Source of the DNA: a virus | Taxonomy: Duplodnaviria; Caudoviricetes | Strand: one strand, 5' to 3' | Virus record (IMG/VR): IMGVR_UViG_3300034171_000062 | Location: 32,001-96,000 of that record | DNA: 64,000 nucleotides | Part shown: positions 10,451 through 22,127 of the stretch, one piece after another | How positions within the stretch are numbered: the stretch's first letter is position 1 | How the letters are laid out: each line of letters begins with the position of its first letter | The notes under the pieces: generated by a model | Told to the model about the DNA's origin: nothing | What the model saw: the letters and a program-made list of their open reading frames with translations, nothing else | Database searches by the model: none | Made by a program: the position numbers and the translations under genes

Positions 10451-10477
10451 GGGGAGGGTAACACCTCCCCATTTTTT
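10451..10477 (+). terminator. intrinsic terminator
   Basis: GGGGAGG/CCTCCCC stem plus ATTTTTT. Confidence 0.7.
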
Positions 10478-10512
10478 CGACTCAAACCGTAAAATCATAA
10501 GGAAAGCCTGTA

Positions 10513-10968
10513 ATGTCTGCGATCGTTGAACCCGCAACTGAGACCAGTACGTATGGCACCGCCCCTCCTAAGACCTCGGTAAATAAACCCATTCTCTCAT
10601 GCGACTTCGATGGTGTGATCCACAGTTACACCACTGGATGGCATGGCGCTGATGTGGTGGCCGATGGTCCAGTCGATGGCGCCATGCGATTTTTAACCGA
10701 TGCCTCTGATAAGTTTGAAATCAATATCTATTCTTCCCGTTCCGGACAACCCGGCGGCGTGGCAGCCATGTACGACTACATTGCTGAACACCTACGTCGA
10801 TATTGGGTTGACATGCCAGCCGTTGGCGATAAGGTATTGTCGAAACTCAAGTTTCCTACCGATAAACCCTCGGCCATGGTGATGTTGGACGACCGAGCGG
10901 TGACCTTCACCGGCGTTTTCCCAGAGGTTGACGACCTGTTGGACTTCAAACCCTGGAACAAACGCTAA
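10513..10968 (+). CDS. HAD-superfamily phosphatase-like protein
   Basis: Motif I CDFDGVIHSY, motif II YSSR, KP, motif IV LDDRA. Confidence 0.8.
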   Translation: MSAIVEPATETSTYGTAPPKTSVNKPILSCDFDGVIHSYTTGWHGADVVADGPVDGAMRFLTDASDKFEINIYSSRSGQPGGVAAMYDYIAEHLRRYWVDMPAVGDKVLSKLKFPTDKPSAMVMLDDRAVTFTGVFPEVDDLLDFKPWNKR

Positions 10969-10980
10969 CGAGGTGAAGTT

Positions 10981-11376
10981 ATGGACGGCGCCGTGGCTAT
11001 TATAGTGAGTATGTTGGGGTTGGGGTTAATGGCAGTGTTATTCTGTCAGTATAACCTTAACCAAGCAAAACAACGTCAGCGATTTAAGGACGAGGCTCGG
11101 TTTTATCGAAAGGTTACTGAAACCCTCCAGAACTCGAATTGCCTTAGTCAACTCGATTTGGGGCGGATCGTTCTGGAGGATGTGGCCCGACGACAAAACC
11201 CCACCCTCACTCAAGTGGAGCTCGAGCACCTCTCACGCATAATCAACGGTCATCTCAAGACGATGCAGCGAGTAGACTCTATGTTAAGTGATTACCGGGC
11301 CCGTCGTCGTCGCCCTACGTGCAGTACCGACACTATGCTTGAGACCGCCGAAAATGGACACAGAAAACTTCACTGA
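10981..11376 (+). CDS. membrane-anchored hypothetical protein
   Basis: N-terminal hydrophobic helix; GAGGTG RBS. Confidence 0.65.
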   Translation: MDGAVAIIVSMLGLGLMAVLFCQYNLNQAKQRQRFKDEARFYRKVTETLQNSNCLSQLDLGRIVLEDVARRQNPTLTQVELEHLSRIINGHLKTMQRVDSMLSDYRARRRRPTCSTDTMLETAENGHRKLH

Positions 11377-11707
11377 CTGGACGTTAAGGGTTAATCTAGA
11401 GTTGCTCTTGACTTACAGTAACCTTGCATCGACCATCGCCAAGGCCCTTGAGCGCATCACTGAGACGCACGACGATCACACGGTGGTCCACGTGCATGTT
11501 GATGACGGATGCATGCCTGAGGCGTTTGCTAAGTCCCATCGTGAGGAACTGATCTATCTTCCCTCGACAGTTGGGTTACATAAGACGACGAGTCCCACAT
11601 GCACCACCATCGTCTCCATTGCTTTAGCCGTACGGTTTATTGACTCCGATAGTCATCGCCAGTTGCGGCGGGTGGACATATTCCTCACCCCCGTGAAACG
11701 CACCTGA
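11354..11707 (+). CDS. hypothetical protein
   Basis: ORF in array; start uncertain. Confidence 0.55.
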   Translation: MDTENFTDWTLRVNLELLLTYSNLASTIAKALERITETHDDHTVVHVHVDDGCMPEAFAKSHREELIYLPSTVGLHKTTSPTCTTIVSIALAVRFIDSDSHRQLRRVDIFLTPVKRT

Positions 11708-11718
11708 AAGGAACCCCC

Positions 11719-12111
11719 ATGAATTCTGCTGTACTCACCAATGACCTCAGTATGGACCGTCTATCAAAGCGATTGGTATTGAATCGCCGAACTGTGCAGG
11801 TACTGATGCTTATGTCGCTGTATGGTGAGTTGACCACGGGAGACATAGCCAGCATGTTGGACGTGTCTGTTAAGACTCTGCGGGACCGGCATTTACCTCG
11901 TTTAGTGGATCATCACTGGATACGCGGTGAACGTTTAGTTTCCAATGGTCCGGCCACCGAACGCTGGAAGATGGGTGTGGTTCAACGTAAACGTGCAGAA
12001 GTGTTTTACAACGCTGCTGAACGCGATGTGTTAGCCCGACTGCAGAAGTTTAAACACCTACATCATCCAATAGATCCCAACCGAACGGTGAAACTGGGGA
12101 CTATGGATTAA
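11719..12111 (+). CDS. winged helix-turn-helix protein
   Basis: GELTTGDIASMLDVSVKTLRDRHLPRLVDHHWI; resembles 7231..7635. Confidence 0.65.
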   Translation: MNSAVLTNDLSMDRLSKRLVLNRRTVQVLMLMSLYGELTTGDIASMLDVSVKTLRDRHLPRLVDHHWIRGERLVSNGPATERWKMGVVQRKRAEVFYNAAERDVLARLQKFKHLHHPIDPNRTVKLGTMD

Positions 12112-12122
12112 CCGATCAATTT

Positions 12123-12150
12123 AGGTCCGCACTCTGCGGGCCTTTATGCC
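12123..12150 (+). terminator. hairpin followed by TTATGCC
   Basis: AGGTCCGCA-CTC-TGCGGGCCT-TTATGCC. Confidence 0.55.
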
Positions 12151-12164
12151 CAACGGAGAACGCT

Positions 12165-12560
12165 ATGGACACCAATATGACCGAGAAGACCCCCTTACAA
12201 CTATTGAACGAGGCCAAGGTTGCGTACCTTAAGGTACATGGCACCACGCAAGAAGCCATCGATTCGATCGAGTCCATCTTTACAATGACCGAGACTACCT
12301 TGAACCTGTTTCGCATGGACGTGGACTTGGCTTCCGGTTCGGATTACACGGTGTACGTCGACGTATCCCCGGCCATGACCCCTACTGAACTGCGCTTGAA
12401 GGCGTACCGAAAGCTGTTAATTGACGAGTTCGATTACGCACCGGAAGACGTAGACACCATTGCCCAGGCGTTTGACAACGACGCCCTGGCGGTGGCGCAT
12501 TTTAAGGGACTCATCAACAGTCACACAGGAGTCCACACTCGATCGATCCCCAACCTCTAA
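12165..12560 (+). CDS. hypothetical protein
   Basis: GGAG RBS. Confidence 0.65.
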   Translation: MDTNMTEKTPLQLLNEAKVAYLKVHGTTQEAIDSIESIFTMTETTLNLFRMDVDLASGSDYTVYVDVSPAMTPTELRLKAYRKLLIDEFDYAPEDVDTIAQAFDNDALAVAHFKGLINSHTGVHTRSIPNL

Positions 12561-14591
<2,031 letters not shown>

Positions 14592-14601
14592 GGAGAGTAT
14601 C

Positions 14602-15021
14602 ATGAACAGCACCGATTTGAAACACGCGTGCATCCAACTGAGTCGAGTGTTATTAGAAAGCCTGCCCGCTAACGAAGACGCAATGATCCAACGCGTAGTG
14701 AACTCAAACGCAGCACTTACGTTGCGACGCGTGGAACAACCTAAAATTGAGGTGACCTGCAACCAATCTGTGAGTGGAGGGAACAGTTACCCGATGGAAC
14801 TGACGATTGGCGGCATGACCGTGGGACTGTCCATCGTCACCAATTACGATCGAGTCAATAACAGCTGGAATCGGTTTGTGGAGATCGTTCCTATGTATGT
14901 AACTCGCGGCGGACGCACACACTGGTGGGTGTTTGAAACAGATCCCTTGATTGTGGCCTTACTCACCAACCACCTAATCACCTTACGACTGGCCCTACTG
15001 GGCGATGGAGAATCCTCATGA
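14602..15021 (+). CDS. hypothetical protein
   Basis: AAGGAG RBS. Confidence 0.7.
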   Translation: MNSTDLKHACIQLSRVLLESLPANEDAMIQRVVNSNAALTLRRVEQPKIEVTCNQSVSGGNSYPMELTIGGMTVGLSIVTNYDRVNNSWNRFVEIVPMYVTRGGRTHWWVFETDPLIVALLTNHLITLRLALLGDGESS

Positions 15022-15131
15022 GCGATCATGTACAATGCGATGGCTGTTTTGAAGTGAAAGACAAACAAGAAGTGAAAGACAACGGAGGGCGTTGTCCCGA
15101 ATGCGGCAGTAAGGAAAACCGCCCAACTTAA
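15018..15131 (+). CDS. 37-aa zinc-ribbon microprotein (absent from the ORF track)
   Basis: MSDHVQCDGCFEVKDKQEVKDNGGRCPECGSKENRPT; GGAG RBS; ATGA overlap. Confidence 0.65.
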   Translation: MSDHVQCDGCFEVKDKQEVKDNGGRCPECGSKENRPT

Positions 15132-15148
15132 ATCGAGTGGACTTGTTT

Positions 15149-16129
15149 ATGAAAAAGGTAACCACACGTCGCCACGACGACGATCTGGTTCGGACTGAAT
15201 CCGTGGGCGAACACGTCATTAATTACCACCGTCGGTCAATAGGTGCTGTGGTGGTCGAGGTGCCCAGTTACGTACGGCGCATCGACTGCAATGGAACTGA
15301 AGGGTGGCAGTGTGTGTTCAAGCGATTGGATACACCGTACTTCTCTGCGTTTGAGAACGACCGAGGCGACCTAGAACTCGCGTTGACCAAGATCACACGT
15401 CGATTAAAGAACTACCTCGTCCAGACACCAAATCTCAGGCGCTGTCGACTCATGGATTCCGACGACCGGCGGGTGACCCACTTGAAGACGGGGCACGCGA
15501 ACATCACGGTGGCGTGGGTTTTGCGCCGTCGAACCGATCGTCACCGGCCTTTATTCTATCTAAATATCCTCACAAGGAAGACCCAGCCATCTGGAAGAGC
15601 CACAAATCAAACGTTGTATGTCTGCAGTGAAGACACCTTCGACTACGCTAAGTTACGCCACCGATTGCAGGCGGCGATCCTCTCTCGTCGATTTTACTAC
15701 TTGACTCACCTCGATACCGGGTTCCTGGCCCCGAAACCCAAGGCCAACTGGAGTCTCCCCAACATCACCGAACAGCAATTAAAGGAGGATTTGATATCAA
15801 CTAAGACCCGCATGACTGATACGATGTCGAAGGCCATCAACGACTATGTCCCAACCAGCCTTTGCACCAAACCCATAATCCACTCGTTTCGAAAGACCCG
15901 AATTGTCTGGAGATCCGCGGAGGTAAATGGGCAGACGTTGTGGGTGCCAGATTTCATTGAGCAGGTAGGCGACACCTGGGAGGCACTTTGGACCCTGATC
16001 ACTGGAGCAGTCTACGGCGATACGTTGGATCATGACGGTGACGCGCACGACGCTCTGCGCACATTGGTCTGTTGGTGCTTTGAAGCTCAAGCTACGTCTA
16101 TATCTCCATCGATCCACCCAAGTAATTAG
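15149..16129 (+). CDS. hypothetical protein, possibly DNA-binding
   Basis: Basic ~325-aa ORF; VPSYVRRID...GWQ segment faintly AP2-like. Confidence 0.6.
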   Translation: MKKVTTRRHDDDLVRTESVGEHVINYHRRSIGAVVVEVPSYVRRIDCNGTEGWQCVFKRLDTPYFSAFENDRGDLELALTKITRRLKNYLVQTPNLRRCRLMDSDDRRVTHLKTGHANITVAWVLRRRTDRHRPLFYLNILTRKTQPSGRATNQTLYVCSEDTFDYAKLRHRLQAAILSRRFYYLTHLDTGFLAPKPKANWSLPNITEQQLKEDLISTKTRMTDTMSKAINDYVPTSLCTKPIIHSFRKTRIVWRSAEVNGQTLWVPDFIEQVGDTWEALWTLITGAVYGDTLDHDGDAHDALRTLVCWCFEAQATSISPSIHPSN

Positions 16130-16167
16130 GACCCAACCCTCGCACGGACGCGATTCAACTAAGAGGA

Positions 16168-17151
16168 ATGTCTATCATGACACAATTCAACCCCCCACGT
16201 AAGCAAGCATCGCTCACTCTCGCCACTGCCTGTTTAAACATGGCCGCCGACACCATCTACAACGTTGGACTAGGTCCAGACGTCCCATCTCCCCTGACCC
16301 CGGAGATCATCAGTCATCCGAAACGAAAGTTCAGCTTTAGCACCAACATCAAACCCAAATCGTTTCTTCTGCTTGGGCGAGTACTCGACGCGCTCGGTAT
16401 CGAAGGGCGTAAACGCCTTGCTAAGTACCGGACTTCCACAACGGGGTACAATCCGTTTGAGATCGTAGAGAACACCGCCGCGCATTGGTCCATGATTGTC
16501 GACGTCCCTCAGAATCCCGACGATGACGACGACGCTCAGACGATGCGGTCTCTGGTGCTTCATTGTACGACGCCCCCTCGCGACGCCCTCGGTAAACGCA
16601 CCGCCGGAGCTGGACTGGCTTACGACGTTGCTCACAGTCGCGATCGATTTCCAAAAATAAAGGCCCGTGACACTCAGTCCATGAAGTTGACTGTAGAACA
16701 ACTGCGTCTGGGTTATTCGGCGTATCTGACCTGGGCTAATTTTTACATGATGCACTCGGTCGATCTTGCAACCGTGGGCCCACGCCATTCGAAGTTTGAA
16801 TTGTCGTGGGTCTTAGGGGGGCTTGGATCTGCGTCACTGTCCTCGCTGATCGATGCGTACAACTCGGTGGATCGAGCGAGACGTACGGAGGGGGTGTTGT
16901 TAGAGACAGGGTTGTACGAGTTCACGATGTCGCCTGACGTACTTAAGAACATCTGGGGAAGAGACGACGATCATCGCTGGACGTTGGTTAAGTACAACCC
17001 ATACGGCGTCGACTACGCCATTGAATATGACCCGATGGGCCCGTTGTGGTCTCCTAAAGAAACCATCCGCCGCCGCTGTGAAAACAGCAAACGGTATCAC
17101 GACGCCTATGAACGGCTGCTCGTCGCTGCCATCGAAGTAGAAAGCGAGTAA
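16168..17151 (+). CDS. hypothetical protein
   Basis: 327-aa ORF followed by a terminator. Confidence 0.7.
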   Translation: MSIMTQFNPPRKQASLTLATACLNMAADTIYNVGLGPDVPSPLTPEIISHPKRKFSFSTNIKPKSFLLLGRVLDALGIEGRKRLAKYRTSTTGYNPFEIVENTAAHWSMIVDVPQNPDDDDDAQTMRSLVLHCTTPPRDALGKRTAGAGLAYDVAHSRDRFPKIKARDTQSMKLTVEQLRLGYSAYLTWANFYMMHSVDLATVGPRHSKFELSWVLGGLGSASLSSLIDAYNSVDRARRTEGVLLETGLYEFTMSPDVLKNIWGRDDDHRWTLVKYNPYGVDYAIEYDPMGPLWSPKETIRRRCENSKRYHDAYERLLVAAIEVESE

Positions 17152-17155
17152 CCAT

Positions 17156-17189
17156 AGAGGAGGGCTTCGGTCCTCCTCTTTATTTTTTT
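17156..17189 (+). terminator. intrinsic terminator
   Basis: AGAGGAGGGC-TTCG-GTCCTCCTCT plus T-tract. Confidence 0.85.
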
Positions 17190-17312
17190 GCTGTGGACGT
17201 CTTTGGACCCGTGTGGACTAATAGGGACATCTGTCCAAAATTAAAGACTACAGAACAGAAAACTTACATGACAGCAGTCGAAACATAATAGCGGTTAAGG
17301 AGAAATGGTGAC

Positions 17313-18335
17313 ATGTTTAACACAAACTCAGATCAATACGACATCCAGGTTATAACGGTCGATCCTTCCGATTGGTCAGTAAAGCGGGTGGGGGTTTACG
17401 CCAATGTCGCGGACGCCATAGCTAACCATCCGAGCAGTGATGGATTAGGCGATTGGTTAGAGGGCGGGATCAGCGATGTTAACTTTGATGACATACCTGA
17501 GTATCACGCCATTGAGTTGATACGAGGTCCAGAGGATACCGTGATGTATCTGGCTATGAAGGGGACTCGCCAAGATCGGTTTAATAAGGCGATGATTGAG
17601 GCAGTTGAGCATCGCAAGGACAATCCCAAACGAACCAAGATCGACCTGGCGGCGGACGTGCATCGATATCTAGATTACCTTATTGATGACTTCATACATT
17701 TGACGGGATACAAGAACCGAGACATTCTTTATCAGATGGTCTCATTCTTATTGCTGAGGTTGGGTGAAGGCTCCATTCCTTCCGACGGATCTGACAACAT
17801 CCCTCCGTTCCTACTCATTCCCTCCGTGTCTAAGTCGGACAACGACTACGAACGACAACATGGGCGTCGGGCGTATGAAGACGAACTCACGGTGGCGTGC
17901 AGTCAATACGACATTCTCTCCCACATGTTACCTAAGTTGTTAGACGGTCACCCAAAGGACTTTACCGAGCAGACCCCCTTGGATCTGGACCACAGTGAAA
18001 CGAGAGCGTGGTTAAAGAAAGATTGGGAGGAGGTCATCCGGAACAAGATCTGTAAGTGTTTTAAGGAAACCATTATCACACCGGAAGAGGCCAAGACGTT
18101 ACCTATGGACGAGGTACTCACTCGACTGTTTCAGTACGCCTACCCCGACCCGGTGTCAATTGGTTTGGCTAACTGGGCAGTGGTTATGGACATCGCCCAC
18201 GATCTTCAAGTAGACATTCCAACACTTATTCGTAAGGGTGCCGTACGCCGCCACCAAGATCCAAATAGCGGGTGGAGTAAAGGAACCTTAGTTGAGGACA
18301 TCGAAGATACTTTTAAAGACGAATATTGCCGATAG
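17313..18335 (+). CDS. hypothetical protein
   Basis: 340-aa ORF; AAGGAG upstream. Confidence 0.7.
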   Translation: MFNTNSDQYDIQVITVDPSDWSVKRVGVYANVADAIANHPSSDGLGDWLEGGISDVNFDDIPEYHAIELIRGPEDTVMYLAMKGTRQDRFNKAMIEAVEHRKDNPKRTKIDLAADVHRYLDYLIDDFIHLTGYKNRDILYQMVSFLLLRLGEGSIPSDGSDNIPPFLLIPSVSKSDNDYERQHGRRAYEDELTVACSQYDILSHMLPKLLDGHPKDFTEQTPLDLDHSETRAWLKKDWEEVIRNKICKCFKETIITPEEAKTLPMDEVLTRLFQYAYPDPVSIGLANWAVVMDIAHDLQVDIPTLIRKGAVRRHQDPNSGWSKGTLVEDIEDTFKDEYCR

Positions 18336-18349
18336 AGCAACACATTAGT

Positions 18350-18376
18350 TAGGGGAGTGAAAGCTCCTCTATTTTT
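18350..18376 (+). terminator. intrinsic terminator
   Basis: TAGGGGAG/CTCCTCTA stem plus TTTTT. Confidence 0.6.
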
Positions 18377-18446
18377 GTCTATTCCACTAAAACACAAACC
18401 TATATCACAGAGATGACATACCAACGTAATCTTTAGGAGCACAAAT

Positions 18447-18701
18447 ATGATCAATGAAATACAAGCCGTTAAGAACACCATTGGCAGCATTCGCCACGCC
18501 CAGACTCAAACCGACGAAGCCTTGGCTGAGATCCAAACGCTGGGCGAACTCTGTAACGCAGAAGCCACGGCCCTCTATCGGAAATATAAGAACGACGTAA
18601 TCACCTATGTCGATTACAATACCCAACTGGACGCAGTGATTGAATATCAAAAAGAGGAAGGCGATCACATAGAGCGGCGTCACGCCGAGCGGACTCGTTA
18701 A
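18447..18701 (+). CDS. hypothetical helical protein
   Basis: AGGAG RBS. Confidence 0.7.
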   Translation: MINEIQAVKNTIGSIRHAQTQTDEALAEIQTLGELCNAEATALYRKYKNDVITYVDYNTQLDAVIEYQKEEGDHIERRHAERTR

Positions 18702-18759
18702 TACATAACTGTCACACGATCTTTGCATTACCCATAACCTATATCTAGGAGACACCACA

Positions 18760-19062
18760 ATGTCCTGTAAGAACGTATTCGCTGTACTTCAAGTAACCCC
18801 AGTCCAACTGGCCATCGTTTCACACAGCGTCCCTGAGGGGACTTCAATGGGTCTTCCACAGGGGTTGACTGACCGTTGGCGTGTAGTTGATCTCGATTCG
18901 GTGGTTGAACAAGAAGACGGGGCTCTGTTGGAGTTCGTAGGACTCAACGAAGCCGTTGCGTATCAGAACCTCTGGCTAGAAAGCGGCATCATCCAACGGT
19001 CTCTCTTATCGCGCACTTATGACCTAATCGGGGAATCGTCTCATGACCGCAACAGTCAGTAA
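18760..19062 (+). CDS. hypothetical protein
   Basis: AGGAG RBS. Confidence 0.7.
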   Translation: MSCKNVFAVLQVTPVQLAIVSHSVPEGTSMGLPQGLTDRWRVVDLDSVVEQEDGALLEFVGLNEAVAYQNLWLESGIIQRSLLSRTYDLIGESSHDRNSQ

Positions 19063-19423
19063 ACCTCAACCCAAGTCTCGTGTTCGGTCCAAAGCGGAAT
19101 TTGTTCGATTACTGTGGAGTAGTCCTCAAGCCGACTTCGTGGCGACCTTGCCCAAAGTACCGTCGTTCATCGTAATTGAGCGAGATAAGAACAATCTCAT
19201 GTTGGTGCCGTGGACTGACGCCCTGACGAGTTCGTCTATCCCAGCGTGGATTTGGTGGCCGTGTTATTTTAGCGACCGAGATTCTGTGCAGCAGATTCGG
19301 TCCATGTCCTATCCCACCATCGAACCTAACTTTCAGGTCATTGATCTAGACGACCTGAAGGAGATCCGGGATCGTTATTTAGAAGACCTTCGAACGACTC
19401 AACACACTAGGCCGTTCACGTAA
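19043..19423 (+). CDS. hypothetical protein
   Basis: GGGGA RBS; overlaps the upstream gene. Confidence 0.65.
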   Translation: MTATVSKPQPKSRVRSKAEFVRLLWSSPQADFVATLPKVPSFIVIERDKNNLMLVPWTDALTSSSIPAWIWWPCYFSDRDSVQQIRSMSYPTIEPNFQVIDLDDLKEIRDRYLEDLRTTQHTRPFT

Positions 19424-19490
19424 TCTTTAGAAGAATTGCAAGACTTCACCCACACTCAACAATCTAACCTCTATTGATAAGGAATTTAAC

Positions 19491-20036
19491 ATGACCGATC
19501 ACACCAATAAAGACGACACGATGATCAACGTCGGTCACCAGTTGGTTGAACTAAATGTTTCCATACAAGATCTGATCGATAAAACCGGTCTGTCGCCCGC
19601 TCAGTTTTATCGCGACTTCCGCGAGGAGTTCGGATGTACGCCCACTGAGCATAGAGAAAGGACTCGACAGGAAAAGAAAGACCGTGAAGAGAAGATTGTC
19701 CGTGAAGAGACCTTCAATTTCATGGTGAGTCTCCAACAGGCCGCGAACACCCCACACATCACGAATCAACATCACCAACGTCCAGTCAATTCGGAGTTGA
19801 TGGTGCCTTTGATTGTGAATGGACAATTCGGGTTCACGGCGTACGTTGTGACGATCTCAGGGAAGTGCCCAACTTCCGACGGCGTTGAGTTTCTGCGAAG
19901 CGAATACCGCGACATGTTCAACGCCATGGTGGTGGACACACTCATGCCCTATTTCCACGGAAAGGTGAACATAGCGTACCTTCAAACCCTTAACTCAGGA
20001 CCAATGGTCCAACGCCCATACGGAGCGTGGCAGTAA
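19491..20036 (+). CDS. AraC-like HTH-containing protein
   Basis: SIQDLIDKTGLSPAQFYRDFREEFGCTPTEHR matches the first AraC HTH. Confidence 0.65.
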   Translation: MTDHTNKDDTMINVGHQLVELNVSIQDLIDKTGLSPAQFYRDFREEFGCTPTEHRERTRQEKKDREEKIVREETFNFMVSLQQAANTPHITNQHHQRPVNSELMVPLIVNGQFGFTAYVVTISGKCPTSDGVEFLRSEYRDMFNAMVVDTLMPYFHGKVNIAYLQTLNSGPMVQRPYGAWQ

Positions 20037-20133
20037 AGAGTCGATTGACCCTGCCAGGCGAAGTACAACAACGCATTGAATGAATAATTCACTAAATAAA
20101 TACCCCCCCCCCATAACCTTTAAGGAATCTACT

Positions 20134-20304
20134 ATGTTTGACTTTATCAGCAACGCTGGCGTATCCAACAGTTTTTACATGGCATCGGTGTTCGTTCTTT
20201 GGGCAGGCGTAGACTACGTCATCGTCAAAGCAATTGACGCCCGCAAAGCCAAGAAAGAAGAAGCTGCTCGCTTTGTAAACCGTAAACCTTCCATCATCTA
20301 TTAA
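20134..20304 (+). CDS. small single-TM protein
   Basis: AAGGA RBS; hydrophobic segment and basic tail. Confidence 0.6.
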   Translation: MFDFISNAGVSNSFYMASVFVLWAGVDYVIVKAIDARKAKKEEAARFVNRKPSIIY

Positions 20305-20314
20305 GGAAACCTTT

Positions 20315-20734
20315 ATGCATCAAGTTCAGTTATTCGCTTACGCCATCTCCGCCTACATCGATCGCAACGGATTACCACACACCCCTCGCATCGTTGTGTC
20401 TCATGACTTGCATACCCTGATTACACAAGCCACGTCTTTACTGACCGACTTGATGGACGACATCACTGGGGACGAACACGACGAGATCAACGTCGCTGGA
20501 ATGTTGATGACGCACTACCACGACATGGAACCGATGGTCACCAAGGACGTCTTCCAGGACCTCGATGAAGACGAGACCTACGAGAATGCTCCCAAGTTCT
20601 ACGTCGCGATCGGAGTGGACGAAGACGAATTGGAAGACTTGTTGATTGCCGAAGTTGGAGCTGTCGACGACGAAGATGAAGACGAGTACCTCGAAGAAGA
20701 CGGGGAACTCGAAGAAGACAACGAAGAACTGTAA
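20315..20734 (+). CDS. highly acidic hypothetical protein
   Basis: Asp/Glu-rich throughout; poly-acidic C-terminus. Confidence 0.75.
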   Translation: MHQVQLFAYAISAYIDRNGLPHTPRIVVSHDLHTLITQATSLLTDLMDDITGDEHDEINVAGMLMTHYHDMEPMVTKDVFQDLDEDETYENAPKFYVAIGVDEDELEDLLIAEVGAVDDEDEDEYLEEDGELEEDNEEL

Positions 20735-20745
20735 GTGCAATAATC

Positions 20746-20770
20746 GGTGAGGCACTGCCTCACCTTTTTT
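20746..20770 (+). terminator. intrinsic terminator
   Basis: GGTGAGGC/GCCTCACC stem plus TTTTTT. Confidence 0.8.
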
Positions 20771-20810
20771 CCCCCACTTAAACGTAACCTTTAACGATGG
20801 GACATCAATC

Positions 20811-21968
20811 ATGACACCCACTAAACCTAGCAATTCCTTTTGGATCGCCCAGGTGGCGTTGGATTCAGCGTTCGGCGCGGTATCGATCTCGCCAGAAGAC
20901 CGACAAAACTTCATCGATGAGTATGGCCGTACCCCAGAAGAGTTTCAAATTCGGTACATTCATCCTGACATCGACAACCCCCGGATGGATCGGGGACAGT
21001 ATTTCGTTCAGTTTCAACCGGGGGCGACACATTTCTCGGGCGGTAAACATTTCTCCCAACAGTTAGATCTTCTGTCGATGACATTAATCGACGTCGTTAT
21101 GATTACGGCGGGCGGTAAGCGCACGGAAGCCTTAACGGTGAGTTATGAAGATACCGATCGCCCCCGCACCCACCGCGTTAAGTTACTCGACCAAAGTGGG
21201 TCCTTAGTGGCTTACGTTTCATACGCCAATGTCGCGATCAAACTCACTGAGTCCGATCTACCCAACGATGACTGGACCATCTCAATGACGGTTCAAACCG
21301 TCGACGTAGCCTACACTGACGCTGCCCATCGTGATAACCCAACCAACCAACCCAAGGAACATCGCCTCATGAAACCCGACTCTATGAAGAAATCGTCGAT
21401 CGCCAAACACCCTGAAGTCACCGCCACTACAACCGCCCCTGGCAGCTGGCACCATTTGTTACCGGTGTTGATCTTGGGCAAAACCGCCCTTGAGGTGGAC
21501 CTGATGGATTGTTCGGAAGAAGAGATCAGCAAGTTGCGTAACGAATGGTTCTGGCTGGATGCGCGTAACACGAAGCTTCCCCGGACGCCGATCAGTCTGA
21601 CCATGGCTCTGGATAGTCAGGACCGACTGATCGACATGGCCAAGAGTTTTATCGGCGTTTACGTGTACCATTCGAAAGGACGTCCCATTACCTCCCACCT
21701 ACCTATCCGAGATACCGACGATCTCGCCATGACGTTGCTGTTAGACGGCAGTTTCTGGGAAGAGGTGAGTGTGGAGTACCCCTCAGTCATTGAGGAATGG
21801 TTGTATGGCCCAGACAAAGACGACCATCGGGTGGTAAAAGACGTCCACACCGCGTTACTGATGCAGAAGCACTTTAGCATGATCGATGGCGTGGAACCTG
21901 CTGTCGAACCGATCCCTGCGCCGCGTAAGTCGCGTGGTAAAGGAAAGGTACCTAAGCCCACTAAGTAA
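20811..21968 (+). CDS. hypothetical protein
   Basis: 385-aa ORF. Confidence 0.7.
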   Translation: MTPTKPSNSFWIAQVALDSAFGAVSISPEDRQNFIDEYGRTPEEFQIRYIHPDIDNPRMDRGQYFVQFQPGATHFSGGKHFSQQLDLLSMTLIDVVMITAGGKRTEALTVSYEDTDRPRTHRVKLLDQSGSLVAYVSYANVAIKLTESDLPNDDWTISMTVQTVDVAYTDAAHRDNPTNQPKEHRLMKPDSMKKSSIAKHPEVTATTTAPGSWHHLLPVLILGKTALEVDLMDCSEEEISKLRNEWFWLDARNTKLPRTPISLTMALDSQDRLIDMAKSFIGVYVYHSKGRPITSHLPIRDTDDLAMTLLLDGSFWEEVSVEYPSVIEEWLYGPDKDDHRVVKDVHTALLMQKHFSMIDGVEPAVEPIPAPRKSRGKGKVPKPTK

Positions 21969-22127
21969 CACCCCACCGCATACGGATCTGTTATTTTGTA
22001 CAGGCTCGTATGTATCTATTGACCTAATCGGCGGCTCGGGAGTGATCCCGCAGTGGGACTTCAGTGCCCACTGAATGCTCTGCCCTTATGCCGCTTCTAT
22101 TCCATAACCTATATTCAAGAGACTACC

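Noticed and set aside
20103-20112. C10 tract as a coding phase-variation switch
   Set aside because: It lies upstream of the likely true start (20134), so it would not shift the frame.
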